Source: a virus
DNA length: 55,153 nucleotides
Strand: one strand, 5' to 3'
IMG/VR virus record: IMGVR_UViG_3300028833_002847
Each line of letters starts with the position of its first letter. Within the stretch, counting starts at the first letter, position 1. Positions 35,261 through 49,874 of this stretch are shown here, one piece after another. Below the pieces are notes generated by a model. The model searched no databases, had not been told where the DNA came from, and saw nothing but the letters and a program-made list of their open reading frames with translations. Both the position numbers and the translations under genes were made by a program.

Positions 35261-38200
35261 CTAACTATCAACAATAAAGTAAATTGTATCATCGTCCCGC
35301 ACAAAATCTGTAGCATAAAATTCTTTACTACTAATTACTTTATGCTGAGTTTGAACTTCTTCAGAAAGAGTACCATATCTTTCTTGCGGATCAATGGTTG
35401 AACCAAGTTTATTAGCAACCTCTGCCATATCACTACCCATTGTTGACAATCTTTGATTAATGTCTGCTAAATCTGTAGCATATTTATTTAAGAATTCATT
35501 AAAACCTTGTTTCAAATCTAAAAATTCTTTATATCAGCTATAAACTATTGCAGACCACATATAAATTGCATTAAATTGCTCTGCTACTGATTTAGATTGA
35601 GCAGCAGTCATATCAAATACTATATTATTATTATTATCTAAATGTGCTCCAATTAAAGAATTAGTTTTACTACTTGCTCTAATTGGGTCTGAAATAAATT
35701 TATAATCAGCACCTCAAGCGCTACCTATCATTTCAATACTATGATCTTCTGTATTAGGAATTGTACTATTTATAATAGTTCAAGGAGTTACAAGTCCAGG
35801 AGAAGCAACAACGCTTAAGTGTTTAGCTTTATTAGATAAGTCTAAACTTTGACTTGTAGAATAAAGCTGTCCTGAATAAGAATTTAACGCAAAACTTCCT
35901 CCACTACCCCTATCTTGCGGAATAAGCTTTAATGTACTATCATCCGTTCCAGTTTTTGCTGTTATAATTATTCCTTGAGCGCTATTCGCGGATGTAATAT
36001 TAATTCCATTTATTTGAGATGAAATATCTAAACCGTGACCAACCTTTAAAGCACTCTTTTTACCATGATTTAAGTAGAATTCAACAGTATTAGTGCTATT
36101 TCCATTAGCTTTACTGCTAATAACAGAAAAAGCATTAGCAGCATTAGAACCAGTTTTATATCCTACTACCATTTGAGTAGCTTTACTATTAACTTGTAAA
36201 TTATAATTAAGGTCTATCTCAGAAGTTCAATCTCCATTTAGAACCCTAATTTTATTATTTGTTGCTCTACTTGTTTTTCCAATTTCACCTGTAAAAGAAC
36301 CATCTAATAATAAATTATGATTTATTAAAGAAGGGCTTATTTGATTTGTCTTATAAACAAGAGACTTAGAAAGAAGAACAAATTGTTCTTCTGCTACCAA
36401 ACTAGTATTACCTTTTTTACTTATTACCAAACCTCTGACAACATCATTTAATTCATTTCAATCTTCTCTAATTTGTTCATAAGCTGGTAAACCAGTTCTA
36501 TTATCAAATAAAATATTTCCTTCTTTATCTGTTACAAAGTTTTTATGAACCAGTTCTAGACTATTAATTTTTAATAATAAACCATCTTCTGCAAATTTAC
36601 AAGTTCTTCTTGGATCGTTTACAGTATTTGCTCCATTAGCAAATAATCTAATTTCTTTACCATGTAAACTGACAGGTCTGGCATATTCGTTTTGTAAATT
36701 ACCACCTGTAATATATAAAGTAGAATCCGTAGCTTGTCTTGAACCACTTTGAACTTTATCAATAAAAGCTTTAAATACTGTTACATTACTTTCAGCAAAG
36801 TTATCACTACTAAGATTAACTTCATCAACAATACCTATATAACCATCTTCTACACCAAAAGCATCAACATCACTAATATTTAAATTATTATAATTATTTA
36901 GCAATGAATTAGCAAAGAAACGACCCTGTGCATCAATACCAACTTTTAATTGACGTTTTCAAGTATCTCCATCTTTATAATGACTAAAAATACTAAAAAT
37001 AGATTTCTGATTAGGATCAAGTTGTAATTCTAGACTTTCCGCTTTTCCTTTATCTTTACTTCCTTGACCTGAAACAGTATTTTTACTACCTTTGATTGAA
37101 ATATAAGCTGGTTCCGCAGATATTAAAATTCCACAATCTGTTGAGTTAATATCCTCAATATGGCCTTCTGCGAAAGAATCTCTATAAGGTTTACCTGTTT
37201 GTATAGAATGTTTTCCTTTACTGTTAGTAATATTAAATAATGAATGTGAACCAATAGTCCAATTACCAATTAAACTTTCTCCATTTGGATTTAAAATAAT
37301 TTTACCATTTTGATAATTATTATTTGCGGTGGCTACATCTTCTGGTAATCCAAACTCTGCTTTACCAGTTTTAGCATCTAAGAAAATAGAACGTCTACCA
37401 AAAGAATATCCCATTAAACCCACATCTTCTTCTTTTGGCTGTTCATAATGTTTTTCAACACCCATTACAATACCAGTAAAAGTATTATCTTCTTCTTTTT
37501 TACCAGCACCAATTTGCGGAGCAAGGATATACCCATCATCTTCATTAATATCAATATGAGTACCATCTCACCCGTTCAATGACCGCAAACCATAAGTATT
37601 TAATAAGAAATTGATAGGAATTCAAAATTCTACTTCACAAGTATTATTTGGAATAATACTCCAAATATCTTTAGCATCATTTTCATTTGAATAAATTCTA
37701 CCATGAATAACATTATTAAATCATTCTCCATTATAATTATCTTTTGGAGCAATATAACACATAAAACTATCAATTTCTTCAGAAATAGGAGTTACTATTC
37801 TTGGATAAGTAGTTCATTCAGAATGTTGTTTTTTCCAAGAGCCTTCACTTAAAGCTGCTTTTGGTTTATCATTTTTATTTATTAATAATTCAAAATTAGC
37901 AGTTTCACTATTATTATTTATACCACCTTGCGGTTCAATGGCTAGATATTTGGTTCCAATTCCCATATTTTTTCAATTAAAAGAAAAACCTTGATTTTTA
38001 TTATATAAAGGATTTTCTCCGTCACTACCATAAATAATAGTTTGTAAGGTTTTATGTTTATCAAACCAAATAGTATATTCGCCATTTTCTCTATTAAGAT
38101 ATCTAATAATAGGAATTCCTAAGAAAGCATATAATTCACGAGTAATATCTTCATCTTTATAAGACAATGTTGCTTTTACAATTTGATTAATTTGATTTTT

Positions 38201-40714
38201 ACCAGAATCTATATTATCAGCAAAAGTACATAAACCATTTTGAGTATTAATAGATAAAAATCTTGAAGTAGATTCTCCCAAGAGTCTCCAAGAAATATTA
38301 TCAGTATTTTTAATATCTGCAAGTCTTCCCTCATAATATTTTTCAAACTGTAACATTAAAATATTTTCTGAGAGTGCGGGACGTCCTATTACATTTCATG
38401 ATGCAACTTCATTACCACCATCATTAATAGTCGTTTCAATTGATAATAAACTATCATCAAGAGTTTCTCGTCTACTAACGATTTTTCCCGCGTAACTAGT
38501 ACCATTACTTCCATTTTCTCCAATTTTTAAGAAAGTAAAAGTAGTAGAATTAGAAAATACTTGGTCTTGATAAGTTAATTGTACTGTAATTTGATTATTA
38601 GTTGCAGACACATCATAATAATCTTTTATTTTTAAAGGTAAAATATCTTCTTGATAATATTTATATCCTTCATTTCCCGCAAAATTTTCTAAATTATATC
38701 CTTCAAAATCAAATAAAGTATTTGTTATAGGTACTATTCATTTATAATCATAATCTGCTAAATTAATTAATTCTCCTTCAGGAGAATAAAATAAAACAGA
38801 TAAAGGATTAATTATCTGCGGCTCTTGGAATCTACTACTAGTAGGAGAAATACCATCTTCATTATATTGAAATAATTGATTTCCATTTATAATTTCAATA
38901 GTATATCCACGCTCTTGAACATCTTCTCCATTAGTTAATCTTAAAGAAGCTGCTCCTAAATAATAATCTATATTATTTATCTTTTGAGTTACAGTACATC
39001 CAATTTCTACATCTCCAGTTGTTGAAACTAAAGAAGTAGTAAAAAAGTTTTTATTAATAGTGGTATCATTATAAGCTTCAATTTCTCTTTTTAAAGATTG
39101 TGAAAGAGAAGTGTCTACTATTTGACTAGATATTCTTGCTTGATATTCTGCATCTACAGCGTTTTGATATTCTGTTTCTAATTGCTCTTTAGTTTTAACA
39201 TATGTTACCGCTGTCTCTCCATTTGGAGAATAAATAGTTCTAGACCATCAGAATGAAAAATCATTATTATTATAGTTATTAATAAAACTATTATCAACAC
39301 CATCATGTCCATCTATTAAGCATTTAATAGTTATTGTACCATTAGTATAATCAAATTTTAATCCTCTATTACTTTCTAATGTAACAGGATATTTCCGCAT
39401 AAGATTATAAACTTTAAATGTTTCTGATAATACTACTTGTGGAGAATTATCTGTAGTAGTATTTGCAATAGTTACTATTAATTTATATTCATTCTCATAA
39501 GCTAAACATTGAGAATCATAAAGAGTTATTTTTTTAGTTGTTGTATCTAATTTCTTTCATTTAGCACCAGCTAAATAAGAATAATATTCAGAACTAGAAT
39601 TTATTCTATCATCTCTTAAAAATCAATTATAACTGGTTTGAGTTTCATCAGAAATATCTGTATTTTGTTTATATAAAACAATAGCTTGAAATCTTAAACT
39701 TTGTCCACTATAAGAAAAATTTGTTCCATCTAGGGGAGAAATAATTAAATTATAATTATTATCTGATATACTTGCGGGATTAGCACTAAAAAGTTCTAAA
39801 TTTGAAATGAAGATGTCATCATCATCTATTCCCACAACACTTGTAGATTCAAAATCTTTACTATAAATTTCAACACTTTTTAAATATAAATAATTTGTTG
39901 AATCTATTGGATAAATCATATATTGATTTGAAGGTATTTCAAATCTAAATGGATTACCAATCATTTGATCTGAATCTATAGTAAAACTTCTATAAATAAT
40001 ATCTTCTTGATTATAATATTCAATTAAACCAGAAGATGTTTCTTGTTGTTGAATTTTAGCACCATCTTTTTTAAATGCTAAAGTAACACTATATCCATAT
40101 TTACCAAATTGGGTTAATTTATGTGCATAAGATAATGCTGTGCGGAAAGTGGCTCCTAATCAAATAAAGTTAGATTGTTCTAAACTAGCTCTAAAACCAT
40201 TTTCATCAAAATTCATTTGCGGGATAGACCCTATTAAATTTACCAATTCAGTATTACTATTTTCATATTGCTCTATTTTATAATATAAATATTTACCATC
40301 ATGAGCTTTATATGAATTTAATCCTTGTGGAAAAGATACAGCTCCATTACTTAAACAATTACCACTTGTCTTTTTATATTTATATTTTTCAATATCTAAA
40401 AGTGTTAATAATTCTTTATTTGAAGTTGTAGTAGCTTTTCCTGTAATTAATTTTGTATTAGTAAAATCTCCTAAAGGAACAAGTACATATACTAATTCAT
40501 CTAAGGCATAACTTATATCTAAATTCTGGGCATAAGCAGTAAAAAATCCATCCTGATATTGAACTTTATATTCACCAGTCATAGAATTTGTACAACCTAT
40601 AATAGAACAAATAATAGTTTTATCTAATTGTAATTCAGAAACTCGTTCTTTAATTAGATAATCTGTTGCCTCTAATAAAGATTGTTGAATAGTTTGATTA
40701 TCAACTCCTGCCAT
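35261..40714 (-). CDS. large distal-tail/baseplate protein (about 1817 aa, table 4); position suggests Dit/Tal-like
   Basis: RBS AAGGTGGTGA before ATG 40714. Eight listed fragments from 35261 to 40714 share one frame. Junction 39964-40160 checked and is TGA only. Stop TAG 35261-35263. Immediately follows the tape-measure terminator. Confidence 0.5.
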
Positions 40715-40732
40715 CTGTCACCACCTTAAATG

Positions 40733-40772
40733 TAAAAAAAAAGAGCGAAGAACACAAAGGTTCCTCGCTCTT
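40733..40772 (-). terminator. intrinsic terminator after the tape-measure gene
   Basis: Minus-strand transcript forms AGAGCGAGG-loop-CUUCGCUCU followed by a U9 run. Confidence 0.6.
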
Positions 40773-40838
40773 ATAATAATCCTTTTGCTCTCTTTAGATA
40801 ATAAAATTTATTAAGAGATATTTATTATTTTTTGCCCA

Positions 40839-43800
40839 CTATTTTTTTCTATGAGCATATTGCGCAACATTATTTGTTAAACTTAATATTGCTTCTCTAA
40901 TGTCATTTTCACTAGTAGCATTTGGGAAATTAGCTTCAATTTGAATATTCTGATTTAATTCCTGCATTTCTGTTGAAGAATTAATATTTTGAATATGTGA
41001 CCCAAGAGATGAAGATGAAATATTAGAAATCATCTGTCTAATCAAATCAACTGCTTGTAAAATATTAACAGTATCTTGCGGATTAAGCACTAATTCTTTT
41101 TCATGAAGAATTGCTAAACGACCGTTATCTTGACTATCTCAATCTCCTGTATATCCACCTGTATCAAAACGACTTACATCAAATTGTGAGTAAGATGAAT
41201 ATCCTCCGCTTGCTCAACGATGTGGGTCATAATTATAACCATAACCACTATTAAATAAGTTTTGAACTGCACTATAAATAGCATCTCCAGTTTCTTGACC
41301 AAACTTTTCATTCATATAAGCATGCCTTGTTGGATCGTCACCTCATGAACCATAAGTTCAAATATTACCAGCAATACCTTCTACAAGGTCATCAAAACTA
41401 TATCCTCTAATAGTGCTATCTCCGCCTCCACTAGGTGCGGGAGTAGCAAAGACAGAATTATAACCAGCTACAGAACCAGTACTAGCAATTGCGGTACTAT
41501 AAGAAGAACCACCACTTGTAGCATTAATAATATCTGTATTAATTGTAGCTGCTCTTTGAGCATTAGCAGCTTGTTGAGCAACTTCTTGTTCCATATTATA
41601 ATTTCTAGATTCAGAAATAGCTAATTGATTTTCAAGTTGAGCAGCTCTTTGAGCATAAATACTTAAAGTATCTCTCATTGAACCAATTTGGCCGCCAAGC
41701 TCGTTAATATGTTGAGTATATTGCGCTACAACTCCTAAGTCATTATTAAGACTTTCAATAAAAGCATCTGTTTCATCTTTAAGTCTCATAGTTTCTTCTG
41801 TTGTTCCAGAAATAGCAGAAGTTACTTCTCCTAATGAATTTACTACATTTCCTGCTGCATTTTCAACACTAGATTGCCATTCTGCAAAATTTTGAGTAGC
41901 ATGTTCAATTAATTCATCGTTAGCAGCTTGTACCGTAATACCATCATTAATTCAACTTAATGCAGAATTTGTAAATCTTTCATCAATTTCTGATAAAGTT
42001 TCATCATTACCTTCTGCAAAATCTTTCATAATATTATTGAAGGTATCAGTAGTATTAACTGTAATTGAAGAAGCAATATCAAGAGCATCTTGAAGAATAT
42101 TACCTTGAGCTAATTCAAAAACTTTAGTTTCTCTTTCGAGATATTGTTCCATAGCTTCTGTCATAGCTTTAATTTTTTCTTCTTTTTGCTCTTCTGTTAG
42201 GGTTGTATCATTCATAATTTCTAGTATCGCATTACGAGTGTTCTGTAATACAGAAATTATATTTTCTTGGCTAGAAACTAAAGCGTTCTTAGAAATCTCA
42301 TAAGCATTTTGTTGAGCATCTAATAAATCAGCAGCGGCAGAATTGGTATCATTATCATTTGCGGTATAAACATAAGAATAATTTCCTTGTCTATCTCGTT
42401 GCAAACGCATATTATTTTTATTATTTCTAGCTTCTTCTAATGCAATTGTTTTTTGAAGAATCTCAAATTGAGCATTAGCATAATCAACTTGATATTGAGA
42501 TAATTGAGTTTCACCTTGAAGTAATTCAAGCTGATTCATCATAGCATCTCTAATACGTTGTTGCGTTGTTAATGTATTAGTGCTATTTAATAAATTAGTA
42601 TATTTATTTTGAAGTTTTTGAACTTCATAAGCACTTTCAACAACATCAAGATATTGTTCAGCATTTCTACTAATAATTTCTCATTGATCTGCATATTCAC
42701 TTATTGTTTGACCATTAAGTAAAGAACGCTCTCAATCTTCTATGGCTTGTTCATTTTGAAGCTCAAATTTCTTATTAATAGTCTCTATCTGTTGTTCTGT
42801 TTGACTTCAAAGTGCTTTTTCTTTATCAAGAATTTTATCTTGAAGTTCATATCACTTTTGTAATCCATCTGCCGTTTCAATATTAAGCTCTTCTTGCATA
42901 GCTTTATAATTAGAAATAACTTGTTGGATAGTTGCTATTTGATTCTCATTATTTTCAATCATATTATCATAAAGAATCATTAAGCTCTCATAATTACGAC
43001 TATTACCATAAGTCATTTCAATAAGCTTTTGATAATGCTCTAATTTTTCATTAAGATGATCAAACTTTGTTAATTGTCTATCTGTCTTATCATAAATTTC
43101 ATTTAGATAATCAGAGAAAGCACTTTGCAACTCTTCATATTCTTGTACATATGTTTCAAGATATTTCTTTGCACCATCTAAACTATTTTTAACAGCTTCA
43201 TATAATTGAGCAGAATTTTTACCAAATATAGAACTTTCACCAGTAGATTCAAATTGGTCAATTTGTTCTAATAGTTTATTCATATCTTCAATTTGTAGCT
43301 GGAATCAACCCTTATTTCCAGTTTCCATACTATCACCAGTACGAATACTATCCATAATAGATTCAATATCTCCAACTCTACGAGCATAATAATCTCTTTC
43401 AGATTGAGTTAAACTCATATCTTGTGCTCGTTTAGCTGCTTCGTTAGCTTCCTTACTATAATATTCTAGCATTGATTCAGTACCAGCATCCCAATAGTTG
43501 GAAAGTTTAGCTACTGCATTATTCATGCGGTCAAGCGGTCTATCTCCGCTTACAAGTTGACTAAATAATGTATTGATATCGAGTACAGTTTCCCGCATAT
43601 CCTTTAAGTTTGATATCATACTTACAGTTTTCTTATAAGCTTCAATTTGCAAATCTTCAATTTTATTATAGAATTCTTCAATTGCTGTTTCAGATTGTTC
43701 AATCTCTTCAGATACTAATTGATCATATCTTTGAATATCTTCTTGATATTGATCTAAAGCTTCTTTAGAATTCTTTAATAAATTTTCATAATATTCTTTA

Positions 43801-46800
43801 TTACTAGATTGAAGATTTTTATAAGCATTTTCAATAGCTTTTTCACTAGAAGTTGCAGCTTTTTGAGCTCTATCAATTTCACTTTTTAAAGCAGATTCTT
43901 CTTCACTTCCTGCGGCTGCATTATTATATTGATCAATTAAAGAATTAATTTTTTGATTATTTTCTTGTTTAACTCTATTAATTTCAGTTAAATAATCATT
44001 TTGAGCTTGAACTTGTGCTTCGTTATAAGCATCTACAGCAGAATTATATTTAGACTGTAAACTATTAAATACTTCTGTATTATTTAAAGCAAATCCAGCA
44101 GAATCAAATGCAACACCTTGTCCCGCAAGATTTGTTTTAAGCTGCTCTGCTTCTTCTTTTTGTAATGCTAATTTCTTCTCTTGGGCTTGAATTTGTGTCT
44201 TTAATAAAGCAATCTGTTCACCAAGATTTTTAGCATAATCATGTCCAGTAATTCTATCTTGCTCATTAGCAATTCTAGTAAACTGATTTGCTAATTTTTC
44301 AAGAATAGTATTAATACGCTCATATCTATCAGCTTCATCATCAAGATATTCTTTCATATCAAGATTTGAACCAGTAACAGCTTCAGGATTTTCAACATAA
44401 TCTTTAAGAGTTTTTTGTTTTTCTTTTTCTGTTTTTTCTTTTTCTGGTTCAGGAATGCCAACTTTTTCTAAAGTAGCAGGAGTTTCAACGCCTTTAGCTT
44501 CAATTTGAACTGCCCCAGCACGTAATCTATTAGCCAAATTTCTTAAAGCTTCTGCCTTAGCAGCTTCACTCTCTGCTTCGTCAAGAAGAGTTTGTTTACC
44601 ATTCTGTTGAGATTGAATAATTTCTTGTGCTCTTTGTTTAGCCGCAGCAAGAGCTTGACTAATCATATTTCCAACAGCACTTAGAATATTGCCAGAACCA
44701 GAATAACCACTAAAAATACTTTGTGTATTTTCAATAGTTCCTTCTAATGCTTGAACAGCTTGGGCAGCCGCATCAGTATTAGCAGCTCCAGCAGCCTTAA
44801 CTGCTTGAGCAACCTGATAAGCGTCTTGAGCCATTCTTCTAAAACTAGTACGTCCATTTTGTGCGAGTTGATTTAGATTTTTACTAGCACTATCAGTTCC
44901 AGAAGCAATATTTTCAGCCATTGTTTTATTAGCTTCATCATCTGATTGTACTAAAGCTTGTGCTACTTTATCTTGCGCCAATCCTCTTTCTTCAAGTAAA
45001 CTCATACTTGTTTCAGTTAAATTTTGATTAGCTTTAGCAATTAAATCATTTGCTTCCTGTTCTGTATGAACGTGTCTTTCGGCTTCCTCTCTTAACATTT
45101 GAGATTGAGTATCATAAGATTCAGCCATTTGTTCTAGATAATCAGCATAATTATTTAATTTACTACGTTGAGCTTCTGCCATAGACTGAGCATCAGCAGA
45201 ATGAAGTCCCATAATACTTTGAACAACTTCAGCATTAAGTTGAATCATTCCATCAGCAGTAATAGAATATCCTTCAAGAATACCTGGAAATGCTAATGCT
45301 AATTCGTCAACTTTATCTGCTGCTACTACGAATTCGTCTCCTACATCTCCTGTAGCATCAACAATATCATCCATAATATCCATGATACTATTAGCTTGAT
45401 CTAATAAATCAGCACCCATATCTATTGAAAGACTAAAGGACTGATTTTCCATATCTCTAGCTAAATCATAAAGAAGTTGTAAATCATTATAAGCAGCTTC
45501 TATGTCTTTATCATCTAAATGAAATACTAAATCATCATAATCTTCAAGTTCTTCTCTAGCTTCAACAACATCATCAACTTGACCTCTTAATTTTTCATAT
45601 TCAGAAGAAAGATTTTCAATATCTTGCATTTGTAATGCATGTTGTTGGTCATTAAGAGTATCATTTAAAGCATAAATAGCTTTTTCAGCTTCAATACCAT
45701 TTTCAGCTAATAATTCATAAACGCTACCAACAGAATCAGATGAAATTTTAACAGCATCTAAACTTTCTTGTAAGTTTTCAGTAACAAATACGCGATAATC
45801 TTCTGCTGTTAATTCAGTATCTTCTCTTACTTTTTGTAAAGCATCTGACATTTTTCCTTGAAAATCTGATATTTGATCTTCAAGATCACCATTTAAACGG
45901 AAATCTATTGTAGATTTATCTAAATTTTTTAAACCTTCATTTCAAGCTTCTACAAATTCATCAGCACTTTCAAAACCAAGTTCTTTAAAAATATCTTCGT
46001 TTTCATAAAATGCTTGTTTTACTTTATCTACAAATTCAGGTCCACGGAATTCCATATATTCAGTAAAATCAATTCCAGTGAAATTAAAAGATCGAGAACT
46101 ATAATCAAAAGCATTTGCTCCACCTTCACCAAGAGTAGAAACAAGTTTATCGTTAAAACTTTGAGCTTGTTCCATATATGATTTAAGCAAGTCTTTGTCT
46201 TGTGTAATTGCTTCTAAAACACCTGCTTGAATTAGTCCTTCTTTAATTTCTTCAGAACTAATTTCTTTCATCTCTTCATCAGAACGTCCAGTTAATTCTT
46301 GATACTGTCCTTTATTAAAACTCTCTGATTGACGATTAATAGAATTACTGACCTGTCTATATAATTCACTTTCTGTATCATTAAGAGTATTATTAACTAA
46401 CTGATTAACAAAATCTTTTTCATTATCGTTTAATTTTTGATAATCTTCATTATTAACTAATGCAGACTGAACTAAAGCATTACTTTGTTCTTGCGCAGCA
46501 ACGGTATTTGCCTGTATTTTTGTTCCAAGGTCTAGTAAAGCATCTCTATGTCGTGATAATAACTCATTTCCAGTATTTATACTATCTACAAGATTGTTAC
46601 TTGCTAATTCCTCACCTGTAGCATTAGGATTCTCAAATAAGTAATTTACAATATTTTTAAGTTGTTCATCGTCTAAATTAATAGATGCGGGACCACTAAG
46701 TTGAGCAGTTCCATACTGATAACCTGTAATTTTAGTTTCTCTATCAAAACCAGAATTAGTATCATGAATAATTTTTTCATTCTCTGCTTGAGCTTGTTCT

Positions 46801-49800
46801 CTAACTTGTTGAGCTTCAATAACTTGATTTTTTGCTACATTTGCAATTTGATTTTCTACAACCTTTTTCATTCCTTCTTCTGAAAAAGTTAAAGCTCCAG
46901 TTTCAGAATCAGTTATTATATATTGTGCTAATTCAGGGAAATTCTTTATTAAATCTAAAACTTTTTGATTGGCAGTTACTAAAGCTTGAGTTCATTCAAG
47001 AGTTCCTTTTGTTAAATTCTCAAAAGTTGAATCTAAATTTTTAACTTCCTCTAAGCCACTTGTTAATTCATCTAATTTAGATTTGGCTTTTGCAGTATTC
47101 TCACTAGCAATTCTTAAATTCTCATTAGCCTTTTCTAAAGCAATATCATATCTATGGACTCAATCATAAATAGCTTTAATAGCTGCAACTAATACAGCAA
47201 TTCCAGCTACTATTGCTGCTGCTATTGGAAGTATAGCACCTAAACTTGCTCCAAAACCTAAAGTCCCTGCTGTAGCTGCTTCTGCAGCACCTGTAAAAAT
47301 ACCAAAATGGCTACTTAAACCTGATAATATATTTGCAATTGTTGTAGAGTTTCCTAAAGCAGTAACTACTGTTTTAAAACTTCCAAAGCCTTCTTTTATA
47401 TCTTTAAAAGATATAACTAACATTGGAAGTGAAGTTAATAAATTACCTACTATTTTATCAAATTTTTCAGCATTAGATAAACTATCATCAGAAATAATAT
47501 TTCCTAATGAAGTAAAACTTTGTCAAACAAACACTAAGCTTGTTAAACCATCTACTAATTGAAGAACAGAACGAGTTTGTTCTTCAAAATTTAATTTAAC
47601 TCCAAAATCTTTATTGACTTCAAGTTGTTGTTTATAAAGAGTTTCAGCATCTAAAATTTCAGCATCTCCTAATTGAGAGCGTAATCCTTGTTGCTTCCCT
47701 CCAGCTTGATCATTATAATCTTGAATTAAATCTGTAGGATCAACATATGAGTCTTTTAATTCTGATAAAATATTTTGCTGCTTTTGAGCATCTTCTATTA
47801 CATCATCTAATTGTTCAAATCCACTTATTAATTTATCTAATTTTTGTTTTCACTTATCTGTAATTTCTTCATTATTAAAAATTTCTGCTTTTAATTCTTC
47901 TAATCTTTTAGAAGCTTTATCACTACCAATATTAGTTTCATCAAATAATTCTTCTAGTTGTGAAATATATTCTTTTAATCCAGTAGAACTAGCTTGAATT
48001 TGTCCTTTTTCTGTAAGAGATAATTTAACACCAGCTTCTTTTAATTGAGCTTCTTTTGTTTCTTTCTCAATTAAATTTTCTAAATCTACTCTTCTATTGT
48101 TTTGAGCAGCATGGAGAGCATTTTCTGCTTGAACCGTTTTTTCAAGTAATTCATTATATTCTTGTTGATTTTTAGCAGAGGCATCGGCAATATTTTTACC
48201 TGCGGATGATTGTGTAAATTGATAAGCTCCAGAATTACTCATTTCAGTGGCTCCAAGAGAAGCCAATAAGTCTCTATTATATTTATCTGATGCTTTACCC
48301 TGTTTATTTTGTTCTCTATTAAATAAAAATTCTCCAATAGAAGAACCAATCTCACGATTTCCTAATTTTAAGAACATGGAAGTAAATGCGGTCAAGACTG
48401 GCAAGCCTCCACCGACACTATCAACAACATTCTGTAAAATATTAACAAAAGTTGTTAAAGTCTCAATAGCAGGTTTATAATTATCAGCATTAAATAAAGA
48501 ATTAATTAAACCTTCTCCAGCAGCAGATAATGATTGCATTTTAGCTACTGCGGAATCCATGTAAATTTCTTGCTGTTTATCTAAAGTTCCAATTGCACCT
48601 TCAGCAGTTTCTAATGTATCTTTATACATATCTGCATTTGACATTAAGGTCTGAAACATATTAACTTGCTGTTTACCAGCTACCTGAATTGCTAATGCTT
48701 GTTGTTGAGCTCTGTCAAGTTCATCTCACTTATCCATTAAATCTTCGAGAATTTCACCCATTTCCCGCATTTGACCATTAGCATCTAAAACCTCTACACC
48801 AACAGACTTTAATGCTCCAGAAACTTTACCTAAATCAACTCCATCTTCAAGAGTTTCTCCAAGTTTTAAATCTCCAATACGAGCATAAATACTACGTAAA
48901 GCATTACCAACTGTTTCAGGAGCTTGACGAGTAACAGAAACCATTGTTGATAATTGTGCGGTCAATTGATTTTGTGATACGCCTAAATCATGAGCTAATG
49001 ATGCAACACGAGTTTCAGCAGTAGCTAATTCATTAAGGTCAGATGCACTTTCTGCGGCAACTAGAGCCATAGCATCCAAAGAATCTTTAGCTTCATCAAT
49101 TGAAAGTTTATATCCATTCATTAATGAAGTAATTTGTGAAGAAGCTGTTTCAGAACTTTGTTGAGTAACATTTGCTACTTCATTCGTAAGTTCTGCTAAT
49201 TTCTTTTGATCTTCAACATTAAAACCGTTTTGAGCAAAAATTTGAGCAGCATCTACGATATCAATAGTAGAACGACCTAAATTTTGTCCAGCTTGACTAG
49301 CTCATTCTGCAAATGATTTCATTTGTTCGTTACTTTGACCAGAAACAATTTGAATATTATTTAAAGAAGTATCTAAATCTTGAACATATTCTACAGAACG
49401 ACGTAGATTATTAGACATTGTCTCAAAAATACTAGCAGTAATACCCCAACGAACAGTATTACCAAAAGTATTTACAATTTTATCAACAGCACTACTAATA
49501 GTATTAAGATTAGTATGAATTCTTCCTAATCCACCAACCATATTATTAATAGCAATTTGACCAGAAGCACCAGCTTTATCTAAATCACTAATTAGTGTAT
49601 CTAATCCAATATTTCCAATTTCTTTTTGTAATTGTTGTCCATTAATAACACCAAGTTTAGGATTAAAAGCTTTAGTTAAAGCGTCTTGGAGTTTCTGTAC
49701 ATTAGCAAGAGACTGGTCTAAACCAAGGTGATCTGCACCAGGGTCTAAATGCATTTGATTCAAAGTTGTTGTAACTTGAGTCAAAGATTTCTGTAATTGT

Positions 49801-49874
49801 TCAATACCCTTTAAATCAGCAGAAGTTTTTAACTGATATTCAATTGTATTTGAATACTTACTCAATGTTCTCAC
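40839..49874 (-). CDS. tail tape-measure protein, about 3010 aa (table 4)
   Basis: Ten listed fragments from 40839 to 49874 share one frame. Junction 45851-45942 checked and is TGA only. The N-terminal region (48726-49121) resembles the TP901-family tape-measure core (SLDAMALVAAESASDL...). Long Gln/Glu/Ala-rich coiled coil. Hydrophobic Gly/Ala segment at 47160-47423. Start is GTG 49874 or TTG 49865 after SD AAGGTGA. Stop TAG 40839-40841. Confidence 0.6.

Noticed and set aside
5106-48480. Plus-strand ORFs listed in the track inside the minus-strand late region (5106-5327, 8162-8356, 9930-10121, 10502-10690, 16200-16394, 19709-19897, 22029-22296, 26293-26526, 27294-27545, 31400-31585, 46701-47044, 48247-48480)
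   Set aside because: They are low-complexity, Leu/Ile/Phe-rich antisense reading frames of AT-rich coding DNA. None has an RBS or recognisable motif, and all overlap well-supported minus-strand genes.
49865-49874. Exact start of the tape-measure gene
   Set aside because: The track start (49874) is a GTG embedded in the SD-like AAGGTGAG. The TTG at 49865 is better spaced. I left it unresolved and kept 49874 in the feature table.
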